A DNA stretch of 51,477 bases from Candidatus Berkelbacteria bacterium (GCA_026397205.1 JAPLVH010000014.1:1-51477), one strand, 5' to 3'; shown: positions 9,139-17,449, numbered from the stretch's first letter. The notes: generated by a model not told the origin, from the sequence alone. A program made the numbers and translations.

Positions 9139-11367
9139 TTACTCAAAATTGTCGTTGTCAATTCCGGTGGGATTCTGACCGGCTGATGACAAAATGTCTC
9201 TCGGTTTGGCGCCGTTGGCCGGACCGATAACGCCCTCCTGTTCCATCATATCAAGTAGTCGTGCCGCTCGGGCGTAGCCGACCCGCAGTCGCCGCTGGAG
9301 AAGTGACGCCGACGCCTGACCGGAATTCATTACAACTTGGACCGCTTCATCATACAAATCGTCATCAATTGCCTCTGTCCCATGACCGCTAACCGACTTA
9401 GCCGGCCGAAAAGTCAGGATCGAATCATCATATTCGGCTTCGCCCTGTTTTTTGATAAACGCGACCAACTCGTTAATCTCTTTGTCGGAGATAAAACAGC
9501 CCTGAACTCGCCGCGGTTTTGACAAACCGTTGCCGAGAAAAAGCATATCGCCGTTGCCCAAAAGTTTCTCGGCGCCGGACATATCCAAAATCGTCCGCGA
9601 GTCAACCTGGCTGGCGGTGGCAAAAGCAATTCTTGAGGTGATGTTGGCTTTAATTAAGCCGGTAAGAACATCAACACTCGGCCGCTGAGTGGCGACAATC
9701 AGGTGAAGACCGGTCGCCCGGGCCATTTGGGCGATTCGGACAATCGAGGCCTCAACTTCGTTGGCGGAGACCGCCATCAGATCGGCTAGTTCGTCAATAA
9801 TGATGACGATGTACGGCAGTTTTCCCTCCGGACCGGGCGCCGAATTGTAGGCAACAATATTTCGGCTACCCTGTTCGGCAAACATTTTATACCGCCGCTC
9901 CATTTCGTAAACCGCCCACTTTAAGGCCGAGACCGTTTTGTCAACCTCGGTGACGACCGGCGACAGAAGATGGGCGATACCGTTGTAATTGGTCAGCTCG
10001 ACCCGTTTCGGGTCAATCAAAATTAATTTCAACTCCTCCGGCGCATTGTGAAAAAGTAGTGTTGTGATGATTGAATTGATGCAGATTGATTTGCCGGAGC
10101 CAGTGGCGCCAGCGACCATCATATGCGGCATCTGCTCGAGATCTATCGCTACCGGCATGCCGGCGACATCACGACCGAGTGCTAGTGCCAATTTGCTCTT
10201 GACCGCCGCGAATTGGGGCGAGGAAACAACTTCCTTTAATGTCACTTTTGCCGGCACGACATTTGGAACCTCAATACCGACAGCGGATTTGCCGGGAATC
10301 GGCGCCTCAACGCGCAAACTTTTCGCCGCCAGCGCCAAGGCGATGTCATTTGACCGGGCGGTGATTTGATTTAATTTAACGCCCTCGTTCGGCCGAAGTG
10401 TATATTGCGTCACCGTCGGACCGACATTAACATCCTGCATTTTGACCTCAATGCCGAAATTTAAGAAGCACTTTTTGATCGTCTCGACATTTTTCGGAAT
10501 GTCACCGGACTTGGCGACATCATCGGACGATTGTAAAAGTTCGTAAGCCGGAAACTGCCAAATTCGGCCAGTCGGCGTTTTTGTCTGTGGTCGCGGGGCA
10601 GTTTCGATCACTTGAGCTTTAGGAATTTCCTCAATTTTCGGCCGACTGAAGGCGGACAATTTTTTTCTTAGGTTGGCAAAAAAACCGCCACGCGGCTGCT
10701 CCAACTCTTCGTCCTCCGCTCCGTGGCGATGAACTTTGACGCCGGCATCCAAATCTTTTTCTTTTTCTTTTTCGCTGGTGGGCGCTTCACGACCGAGAAT
10801 TTTGGAAATTGATAAATTAAAAGTAATCATAATCGAGACAATGACCGCCGCCAAAATTATCACGAACGACGGAAAAACACCAAGGGATTTGCGAAGCGGC
10901 GTCGAAACCAATAGGCCGATTACTCCGCCACCCTGACCGTTGGCAGCAACTGATTTTGCGCTTTCAATCGGAATAAAAAGATGCAAAAGTGCCGGCAAAA
11001 AGAGGAAAAAGATTGCCAGGCCAAAAAATTTCGCTAACTTTACGCCGCCTTTCGGCGGAAAGAGGATAATCGCACCGAGCCAGAAAAGAATAATCGGGAA
11101 AAGATAGCCGACGATAAAACCGAACATTTTGTAGTTCAAAATTTTCAGCGCCTCACCCATTCGGCCGGCCGAACCGAAAATGCCGAGAAAAATGATGACG
11201 GCAATAATCATCAAAACAACGGCAAAAATTTCCCGCCAAACTTCCGGCCCGAGCCCCAAAGTGATGTCAAAAACAAAATCCCCCCAGTCGTTTTCCCGCT
11301 GGTACCACTTCGGCCTTTTTTGCTTATGTTTTGGATACTTGCGTCGTCGACCCACAGGCTCCTCCAA
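9139..11367 (-). CDS. ftsK: DNA translocase FtsK/SpoIIIE
   Basis: N-terminal TM helices, the GATGSGKS P-loop, and a C-terminal gamma-like winged helix (LLQRRLRVGYARAARLLD). Confidence 0.95.
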   Translation of the reverse strand: MEEPVGRRRKYPKHKQKRPKWYQRENDWGDFVFDITLGLGPEVWREIFAVVLMIIAVIIFLGIFGSAGRMGEALKILNYKMFGFIVGYLFPIILFWLGAIILFPPKGGVKLAKFFGLAIFFLFLPALLHLFIPIESAKSVAANGQGGGVIGLLVSTPLRKSLGVFPSFVIILAAVIVSIMITFNLSISKILGREAPTSEKEKEKDLDAGVKVHRHGAEDEELEQPRGGFFANLRKKLSAFSRPKIEEIPKAQVIETAPRPQTKTPTGRIWQFPAYELLQSSDDVAKSGDIPKNVETIKKCFLNFGIEVKMQDVNVGPTVTQYTLRPNEGVKLNQITARSNDIALALAAKSLRVEAPIPGKSAVGIEVPNVVPAKVTLKEVVSSPQFAAVKSKLALALGRDVAGMPVAIDLEQMPHMMVAGATGSGKSICINSIITTLLFHNAPEELKLILIDPKRVELTNYNGIAHLLSPVVTEVDKTVSALKWAVYEMERRYKMFAEQGSRNIVAYNSAPGPEGKLPYIVIIIDELADLMAVSANEVEASIVRIAQMARATGLHLIVATQRPSVDVLTGLIKANITSRIAFATASQVDSRTILDMSGAEKLLGNGDMLFLGNGLSKPRRVQGCFISDKEINELVAFIKKQGEAEYDDSILTFRPAKSVSGHGTEAIDDDLYDEAVQVVMNSGQASASLLQRRLRVGYARAARLLDMMEQEGVIGPANGAKPRDILSSAGQNPTGIDNDNFE

Positions 11368-11380
11368 AATTGAAATTCTA

Positions 11381-11460
11381 ACACGGATTTCATCACACAG
11401 ATAGGCACGGATTGGAAGGAATTAATCCGTGTAAATCCGTGTAGTAGATCCGTGTTCGAA
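11381..11460. repeat. cluster of six ATCCGTG/CACGGAT words in both orientations (dispersed family; second cluster at 34187..34223)
   Basis: acacggattt, gcacggattgg, aatccgtgta, aatccgtgtag and gatccgtgttcgaa. The 34187 cluster repeats ATCCGTGTTCGAA exactly. Confidence 0.7.
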
Positions 11461-11506
11461 CTTCCTTTTATTCTTCCTACTATATAGTATATCACTTCCC
11501 TGATTG

Positions 11507-11535
11507 TTGACAAATTATTCCAGCTTTGATATTCT
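11507..11535 (+). promoter_or_regulatory. sigma70-like promoter TTGACA-17-TATTCT (module A; homologous to 12967..12995)
   Basis: Read directly. The -35 overlaps the TTGTCA -35 of the divergent ftsK promoter. Confidence 0.6.
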
Positions 11536-11567
11536 GAAAATGCGGTTATCAACGGAGGTGACCAGTG

Positions 11568-11753
11568 ATGTGGATTGATTCGGCAGAATTACCATTTTTT
11601 TCTACAGAAGAAGCTCTCGTCGAACATTTGATCGCTAATCATCCAGTCGAAAATGCCAATGTAATTATTCAAGCGTGTATCGAATATGGAATGTTTGAAC
11701 ATTCAGCCGAAGAATGGCTAGAAATCGTTTACAAAATTCAAACAGAATTCTAA
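11568..11753 (+). CDS. small acidic hypothetical protein (61 aa), orphan cassette A
   Basis: GGAGG lies 9 nt before the ATG. Terminator at 11761..11784. Confidence 0.55.
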   Translation: MWIDSAELPFFSTEEALVEHLIANHPVENANVIIQACIEYGMFEHSAEEWLEIVYKIQTEF

Positions 11754-11760
11754 CCCACCA

Positions 11761-11784
11761 GCGACCACATCGGCCGCTTTTTTT
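11761..11784 (+). terminator. intrinsic terminator GCGACC-ACATC-GGCCGC + T7 (homologous to 13707..13730)
   Basis: Hairpin plus T7. Same ACATCGGCC core as the terminator of cassette B. Confidence 0.7.
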
Positions 11785-11866
11785 ATCAGCTAATGCTTTC
11801 AGCGAAAACCAAGAAACGTTCGCTAAAATTAAATAACGCAAAACGATCAACCAAGAGGTGAAGTCG

Positions 11867-12022
11867 ATGAGAGTTTACAATGTCGCAATGGAAATTATCG
11901 GCGACAATCCTGATCATGATGATAGTTTTGTCATCCGAAAATTGCAACAGCAATTTAAAATTTCCGAAAGCGAGCTTGGAAAAATCGTCAAAAAAATCCG
12001 CGATTTAATTCAAGTTCTCTAA
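11867..12022 (+). CDS. small hypothetical protein (51 aa)
   Basis: Not in the ORF track. AGAGGTGAAG lies before the ATG. Translation: MRVYNVAMEIIGDNPDHDDSFVIRKLQQQFKISESELGKIVKKIRDLIQVL. Followed by the hairpin CACCGCC-AGCC-GGCGGTG plus a T-rich tract. Confidence 0.45.
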   Translation: MRVYNVAMEIIGDNPDHDDSFVIRKLQQQFKISESELGKIVKKIRDLIQVL

Positions 12023-12074
12023 CCCTTTACCCAAACACCGCCAGCCGGCGGTGTTTATTTTATCGAGGTTTAGT

Positions 12075-12728
12075 TCATAATTTCTGTTTTCGCAAATACT
12101 CATCAAACAATTTTTGGAAAAAATCGGCAATTTCTTTTTTTGAATATTTTCTGGTCAAAAGTGGTTTTAGGTAATCAAAATTTTCCAAACTTTTTGTCAG
12201 GCGGGAAATTAAAATCGCCGGATCAATTTGCTCCTCAAATTTTTCTTTGACACCGGAAATCAATTTCTCGAATGTAAACTTTTTATCCTGCAAAATAATA
12301 AACAGATCAAAAGCATCTTTAACTTCGCTTCGCTGATAGGCCAACAAAGTTTTAGAAATTGCGATGTCAAGAAGCGATTCGACCTTGAAGCCGGAAACTT
12401 CCATCACTTTTCCGATTTTCGGAAACGGATAATAGACAAATTCAAGTTTTAATTGATCGCTGTCGGATAATTCGAAAACATACTGGAAGCGATTCATTCG
12501 GCTGAAACTTTTTTTGTTTTTCGCACCCAGAGATTTTTTAATCTGGTTTGACAAAGTTGTCAAAACATCAACCGGTGGCAAATCAAACAAAATGATGTCG
12601 ATGTCCTCCGACTTCCGGTGATGCAAATAAATTTCTGACAACGCCGTTCCGCCACCCCAAACCGCAATATTTTCAATTGGCGATTTGAAAATTTCTTTAA
12701 GCACCAGTTTTTGCTCTTTTGTTAGCAT
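12075..12728 (-). CDS. nucleotidyltransferase AbiEii/AbiGii-like toxin family protein
   Basis: 217 aa with GGGTALSEIYLHHRKSEDIDI, the typical DUF1814/AbiEii N-terminal motif. Confidence 0.7.
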   Translation of the reverse strand: MLTKEQKLVLKEIFKSPIENIAVWGGGTALSEIYLHHRKSEDIDIILFDLPPVDVLTTLSNQIKKSLGAKNKKSFSRMNRFQYVFELSDSDQLKLEFVYYPFPKIGKVMEVSGFKVESLLDIAISKTLLAYQRSEVKDAFDLFIILQDKKFTFEKLISGVKEKFEEQIDPAILISRLTKSLENFDYLKPLLTRKYSKKEIADFFQKLFDEYLRKQKL

Positions 12729-12948
12729 AGAATTTTTTGATCATTGATTTTAATGTCGGATCGATTTCCAAATCGGCAAGATTTTTTTCCAGAATCTTGG
12801 TATTAAGGGATTTGTAATCGCCGAAGTTTATTTTTCGCGCCAAATACCAGCGCAAAACCGCCGGATTTTTCAAATTCAGATTTTTTGTTTCATAGTCCCA
12901 GATAAATTTTTTGTCAACTTTCATACTCAAATTATAGCAGAAATCCAT
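12697..12948 (-). CDS. short partner of the AbiEii-like gene (putative antitoxin-like protein); start may be the ATG at 12924
   Basis: It overlaps the AbiEii-like start by 32 nt. TATAAT lies 6 nt before the 12924 ATG, so the mRNA may be leaderless. FIWDYE...WYLARKINFGDYKSL recalls short proteins paired with AbiEii-type NTases, from memory only. Confidence 0.5.
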   Translation of the reverse strand: MDFCYNLSMKVDKKFIWDYETKNLNLKNPAVLRWYLARKINFGDYKSLNTKILEKNLADLEIDPTLKSMIKKFYANKRAKTGA

Positions 12949-12966
12949 GGAAAATGATACGCCCCG

Positions 12967-12995
12967 TTAACAAATACTTCCGGCTTTGGTATTCT
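12967..12995 (+). promoter_or_regulatory. promoter-like TTAACA-17-TATTCT (module B)
   Basis: 37 of 45 aligned positions are identical to module A, counting from the base before the -35 (11506 vs 12966). Confidence 0.5.
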
Positions 12996-13032
12996 CTAAA
13001 TGCAGTTATCGCGCTTGAGAGGTGAAGAAGAA

Positions 13033-13698
13033 ATGCTCGGATATGAACACTTCTATACGTACAGTGAACGCTGGAAACCTCTTTTTGAAGAATTTCCAGA
13101 ACTCAATCTCGAACAAGGAGTTTGCTGGTTTGCTTGCCTTTCAATGCTGTTAAATTCCGTGTCGACAAAACCGACGCAAGATTTGTACGACGCAGCCAAA
13201 CTCCTCGCCGCAAAAGTATTTCCCGAAGGGCTAGAAAATCTGCTCAATCTGCATAAAACAATGATGTTAATACGGCCGACAGCAAATGAACAGACACAAA
13301 TTGTCGTCGATTATCTATGCCAGTTCCACACCGGGATTAAAGCCGTTCTTTACATGATGCCCTTGATGAAAATCGATTGCTGGTGTTTCAGGAAAGATCA
13401 AAACCAATCGGATTTATTAGATTTTATGCTAGACCAATGTTCTGGCCGCTACAATTTGTTGCTAACATTCCAAGTCAACAGCGATGATGACACTTGCGCT
13501 AGCGGCGGCCATGTCATCTATTTTGATTCAAGCAACGCTCAAGGTCAGCAAATTACGTTGTCTGACCCCAATTATTCTGATCCGCTGTTATTCGACAGAC
13601 AAAGATTCACTAAGTGGCTAAATGAGGAAAACCCATACACAAGAGGTAGGAGAATAAAATTTGGCGGTTATGTTTACGGCTTCAAAATCGATAAATAG
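13033..13698 (+). CDS. papain-fold (C39-like) cysteine peptidase candidate, orphan cassette B
   Basis: Candidate triad: QGVCWFACLSML (Cys), GGHVIYFDS (His) and LSDPN (Asp). The 13033 ATG follows GAGAGGTGAAG. The listed 13000 start lies inside the conserved leader. Confidence 0.6.
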   Translation: MLGYEHFYTYSERWKPLFEEFPELNLEQGVCWFACLSMLLNSVSTKPTQDLYDAAKLLAAKVFPEGLENLLNLHKTMMLIRPTANEQTQIVVDYLCQFHTGIKAVLYMMPLMKIDCWCFRKDQNQSDLLDFMLDQCSGRYNLLLTFQVNSDDDTCASGGHVIYFDSSNAQGQQITLSDPNYSDPLLFDRQRFTKWLNEENPYTRGRRIKFGGYVYGFKIDK

Positions 13699-13706
13699 TT
13701 CACGCT

Positions 13707-13730
13707 GCGGCCACATCGGCCACTTTTTTT
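13707..13730 (+). terminator. intrinsic terminator GCGGCC-ACATC-GGCCAC + T7
   Basis: Hairpin plus T7, homologous to 11761..11784. Confidence 0.7.
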
Positions 13731-13751
13731 ATAGCGACACTGATAAATCAA

Positions 13752-13775
13752 GATTGCCACGTTCCTCGCAATGAC
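13752..13775. repeat. half copy of the GTCATTGCGAG palindromic element family
   Basis: gattgccacgttcctcgcaatgac matches the right arm of the elements at 48805 and 49255. Confidence 0.7.
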
Positions 13776-13953
13776 AGCCAGAACACAAAACCGCCCAATT
13801 TCTTGGTGCGGTTTTTTGGTGTCATACTGAATCCGTTCGACAATCTCAAGACAGGTTTTTCAGGATCTTATAAACTTCTGGGATTCCGAAATAAATTCGG
13901 AATGACAACCGTGTTTTGCTTACGGCTTACTGGCTTACAAGCTTATGACTATT

Positions 13954-13980
13954 TTACACCTCAATCACCACCGGAATCAC
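13954..13980 (-). other. relic copy of the last 8 codons plus stop of rnj (VIPVVIEV*)
   Basis: gtg att ccg gtg gtg att gag gtg taa here versus gtc ata cca gtt gtc ata gaa gtt taa at 14057..14083. All 8 sense codons differ only at the third position. Confidence 0.5.
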
Positions 13981-14056
13981 CCCACCGTCGCTCAAATTCG
14001 TTTCGAGGACTACGACCTCGCAAACGAATGTTCGCTTTGGCGGGCAGGCATCGGCC

Positions 14057-15859
14057 TTAAACTTCTATGACAACTGGTATGACCATGGGGCGACGCTCCG
14101 TCTCTTTGTAGAGAAAATCGCCGAGCTCTTCGCGGATTTTGGTTTTGATTAGCGCCCAATCGCCGCGAGCTTTTTTGTCTGTTGAGTGCTGGGCAAAAAG
14201 TCGCTTGATCTCCGCTCTGGCTTTGTGGACCAAATTTTCATTTTCCCGCATATAAATGAAACCGCGAGAAATGATGTCCGGTGATGTTACAACTTGTCCG
14301 GTTTGATGATTAACAGTGACGATGATGACAAAAATTCCGTCAGCCGCCATCGCTTTGCGGTCGCGAAGAACAATATTGCCGACATCGCCAACACCAAGCC
14401 CGTCAACCATAACATAACTCGCCGGCACCCGCTTGTTGGTGACCGAACCTTTTCCGCCGACAAACTCAATAATTTGGCCGTTGTCGGAAACCAAAATGTT
14501 TTCTTCCGGAATTCCGACATCAGCGGCAATTTGGGCGTGAATCATTAATTTGTGCCGCTCGCCGTGAATCGGAATAAAAAATTCCGGTTTGATCAAACCG
14601 ATCATCAACTTCAAGTCCTCCTGATAGGCGTGACCGGAAGTATGAACATCAAACAATTTTTGGTAGATGACGCGGGCGCCTTCGCGAAAAAGATTGTCCA
14701 TAACTTCAGAAACCGAGCGCTCGTTACCGGGAATTGGTGACGATGAAAGGATGACCGTGTCACCTTTTTTAATTTTAATTTGTCGATGCTCACCGGCGGC
14801 AATTCGAGTTAGCGCCGACCGCTCCTCACCCTGCGAACCGGTACAAACGATTGTCACCCGCTCGTTCGGGTATTTGTCAATGTCGGCAACATCAATCATT
14901 GTGTCGGGCGGAATGATCAAAGCTTTCAAATTTGCCGCGACCTCGACATTGGCGATCATCGAACGACCGGAAAATGCCACTTTGCGATTCATTTTTTTTG
15001 AAACATTGATAATTTGTTGGATACGAGAAATCAGCGAAGCAAAAGTCGCCATAATGACGCGACCTTTGGCATTTTCAACCAATTTGAAAAGTGAATCCTC
15101 AACCTCCTTTTCGGAGATTGTGTGACCGGGTTTTTCGGCGTTTGTTGAATCGGAGAAGAGCGCTTTGACCCCCTGGCCGCCAAGTTCGGCCAATTTTGAG
15201 AAGTCGGTCGGTTTGCCGTCGGCCGGCGTATGATCAAATTTCCAGTCGGTGGCGTAAACCAAAATTCCCTCCGGCGTCGTGATCGAAAGTCCGAAACTAT
15301 CCGGAACATTGTGGTTTAGGCGAAAAGTTTCGATTTTGAAAACGCCGAGCTGAAGAATCTCCTCGCCGGGAATTATCGTCGAAATTTTGACTCGATTTTC
15401 CATCCCAAACTCCTCGAGCCGTTTTTTAATCAGCCCAACGGTCATCGGCGCCGAGTAAATTTGCGGGCTGCCGATTTTGTCGTAAAGATAAGGAATCGCG
15501 CCGGTGTGGTCCAAATGTCCGTGAGTGATGATGACGCCGCGGATTTTCTCCTTGTTTTCCGCCAAATAGCTGACATCAGGAATGACATAATCAATTCCCG
15601 GCATATCTTCGTTCGGAAACATAAAACCCATGTCAATGACGATAATGTCATTGCCATATTCAATTATTGACATATTTTTGCCAACCTCTTCCAGTCCGCC
15701 AAGGGGAATGAAACGAAGTGAAGGTTTGCGAAATGCATTTCCGGCCGCGTCTTTCGCCTGTTGGCGATTAATCGCACCGGCATTCGGCGTTAAATTGCCG
15801 AAAGTTTTTGACAGGTCGGTCTTTTGCGGACTTCGCTGTCGTGTGTGTTGTGGAGTCAT
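14057..15859 (-). CDS. rnj: ribonuclease J
   Basis: 600 aa with the metallo-beta-lactamase HGHLDHTG motif, a beta-CASP region and an RNase J C-terminal domain. Confidence 0.92.
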   Translation of the reverse strand: MTPQHTRQRSPQKTDLSKTFGNLTPNAGAINRQQAKDAAGNAFRKPSLRFIPLGGLEEVGKNMSIIEYGNDIIVIDMGFMFPNEDMPGIDYVIPDVSYLAENKEKIRGVIITHGHLDHTGAIPYLYDKIGSPQIYSAPMTVGLIKKRLEEFGMENRVKISTIIPGEEILQLGVFKIETFRLNHNVPDSFGLSITTPEGILVYATDWKFDHTPADGKPTDFSKLAELGGQGVKALFSDSTNAEKPGHTISEKEVEDSLFKLVENAKGRVIMATFASLISRIQQIINVSKKMNRKVAFSGRSMIANVEVAANLKALIIPPDTMIDVADIDKYPNERVTIVCTGSQGEERSALTRIAAGEHRQIKIKKGDTVILSSSPIPGNERSVSEVMDNLFREGARVIYQKLFDVHTSGHAYQEDLKLMIGLIKPEFFIPIHGERHKLMIHAQIAADVGIPEENILVSDNGQIIEFVGGKGSVTNKRVPASYVMVDGLGVGDVGNIVLRDRKAMAADGIFVIIVTVNHQTGQVVTSPDIISRGFIYMRENENLVHKARAEIKRLFAQHSTDKKARGDWALIKTKIREELGDFLYKETERRPMVIPVVIEV

Positions 15860-16017
15860 AAGACAAAATCTCCTTTTTGGTTAGAGAACTAATTGAATAA
15901 AATCTCAAGTTCCAAGAAACAAATTCCAAACAATATTCAAATTCAAAATTTCAAATATTTGAGTTTTTGAGATTTCTAATTTGTTTGTGATTTGCTTCTT
16001 GCGATTTGTGATTTATT

Positions 16018-16659
16018 TCAAAACAGTTTTTCCTGTTTCACATTTTCCTTCTCGATTTTTGCCAGTTCAGTTTTGACTTTTTCCACCGCCGCCGGCAGTT
16101 TGCCGAAATCAATCTCCAAAGTTTGGCGCAGTGAGCCGTTGTGAAGCGCCGCCGCCGGATGATAAAGCGGAAAGAAATAGCGACCGTTCGGGCGACGATA
16201 TAACTTCGCCCGCAATTTTGTAATCCCGCCAAGTCCGGGCAAAAATGTTTCAGTTGAATGTTTGCCGAGTGTGACGATGATTTTCGGATTAATGACTTCG
16301 ATCTGCTCCAAAAGAAAATGGCGGCATAAATCCTTTTCCGACTCTTCCGGATCGCGATTTTCCGGCGGCCGGCATTTCAAAGTGTTGGCAATAAAAACTT
16401 TCTGGCGATCTAGACCAATCGTTTTTAAAAGCTCATCAAGAAATTTTCCAGCCGCGCCACAAAACGGAATTCCCTTTTGATCCTCATTAAAACCGGGCGC
16501 CTCACCGACAAAAAAGATTTCTGCCTCGGCATCGCCAGTTCCTGGAACGGTTTTGGTTCTCGTCTCCGAAAGTGAACACTTTTTACATTCGGAAATCTCC
16601 TCGGCAATTTCAATAAGTTTTTGGCCTTTTTCGTCCATCAAAAAATAAATATAGGGCAA
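16018..16659 (-). CDS. udg: uracil-DNA glycosylase, family 4
   Basis: CKKC...GEAPGFNEDQKGIPFCGAAGKFLD, the typical family 4 motif. The start may be the MDEKGQ ATG at 16638. Confidence 0.85.
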   Translation of the reverse strand: MPYIYFLMDEKGQKLIEIAEEISECKKCSLSETRTKTVPGTGDAEAEIFFVGEAPGFNEDQKGIPFCGAAGKFLDELLKTIGLDRQKVFIANTLKCRPPENRDPEESEKDLCRHFLLEQIEVINPKIIVTLGKHSTETFLPGLGGITKLRAKLYRRPNGRYFFPLYHPAAALHNGSLRQTLEIDFGKLPAAVEKVKTELAKIEKENVKQEKLF

Positions 16660-16780
16660 AGAAAATGCTTTTTGAAAGAGATCAATTTCGATTGGTTATT
16701 TATAGTTTAGCAAATCCCTTGATTTTTGTCAATAGATGTGGTAAATTTTGTTTGTCGCTATTCCGAGGAGGTGTTGGCAG

Positions 16781-17323
16781 ATGCACAGTCAGCTGAATTT
16801 GGCACTAACAATCTTTGCAATTCTGATTGTTCTACCGATTTGTATCAAAGATGTTGCTCGCTGGCTGAAGATCAGAGAAATCAGAATTGAACTTAAGAGT
16901 GCTTCGGCTGTATATCTGCCGTTCAGGGGCCGGATAGAGAAAAAACCGGAAATCCTGATCGTCGGTTGCCACCCGTCAATCTGGCGGCTGCTCGGCGAAA
17001 TTGGCGGACAAGTTTTGATTGTAATCGGAATTGATGGCACAAAAGTACTTGAATGTTTCCAAATTGATCGCCGGAGTAATAGCATTATTAACCGAGACGA
17101 CACCGTTGTTGCCGACGACAATAATAGCTCGGCAATTATGGTTCCCGACATTCATGGCGCCAGAATCTTCCTGCTGACAAGTCAGCCACCGACAAAGATT
17201 GACTTCATTTATCTGATGATCGGAAAAATCAAATTGCCGGAAATTCGGATTGCAGCCGGAGAACCAACACACATTAGACCTCAAAATTCACAAGTCAAGA
17301 ATCTTGCGGCTGAAATTTCCTAG
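16781..17323 (+). CDS. membrane-anchored hypothetical protein, orphan cassette
   Basis: GAGGAGGTG lies 7 nt before the ATG at 16781. N-terminal TM helix (LALTIFAILIVLPICI). Terminator GCGGACAA-CC-TTGTCCGC + T7. Confidence 0.6.
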   Translation: MHSQLNLALTIFAILIVLPICIKDVARWLKIREIRIELKSASAVYLPFRGRIEKKPEILIVGCHPSIWRLLGEIGGQVLIVIGIDGTKVLECFQIDRRSNSIINRDDTVVADDNNSSAIMVPDIHGARIFLLTSQPPTKIDFIYLMIGKIKLPEIRIAAGEPTHIRPQNSQVKNLAAEIS

Positions 17324-17417
17324 CCCCAGCGGACAACCTTGTCCGCTTTTTTTGTTGGAAAAATTTCTCAAATTTTGATATTAAACCCAAAAAAACATCA
17401 TTTAATCTCAAATCTGC

Positions 17418-17449
17418 CTAAGATAATCAATGGCCATTGATTATCTTAG
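17418..17449. repeat. perfect 32-bp palindrome CTAAGATAATCAATGG|CCATTGATTATCTTAG
   Basis: Read directly. It lies between two convergent terminators. Confidence 0.9.

Noticed and set aside
13803-14060. Listed 85-aa plus-strand ORF downstream of the peptidase gene.
   Set aside because: It is a read-through of several repeat families and the rnj relic on the wrong strand. It has no SD or promoter.
16789-17284. Minus-strand ORFs 16789..17151 and 16976..17284.
   Set aside because: They are antisense to the 16781 cassette, which has the promoter-like signal, the strong SD and the terminator.
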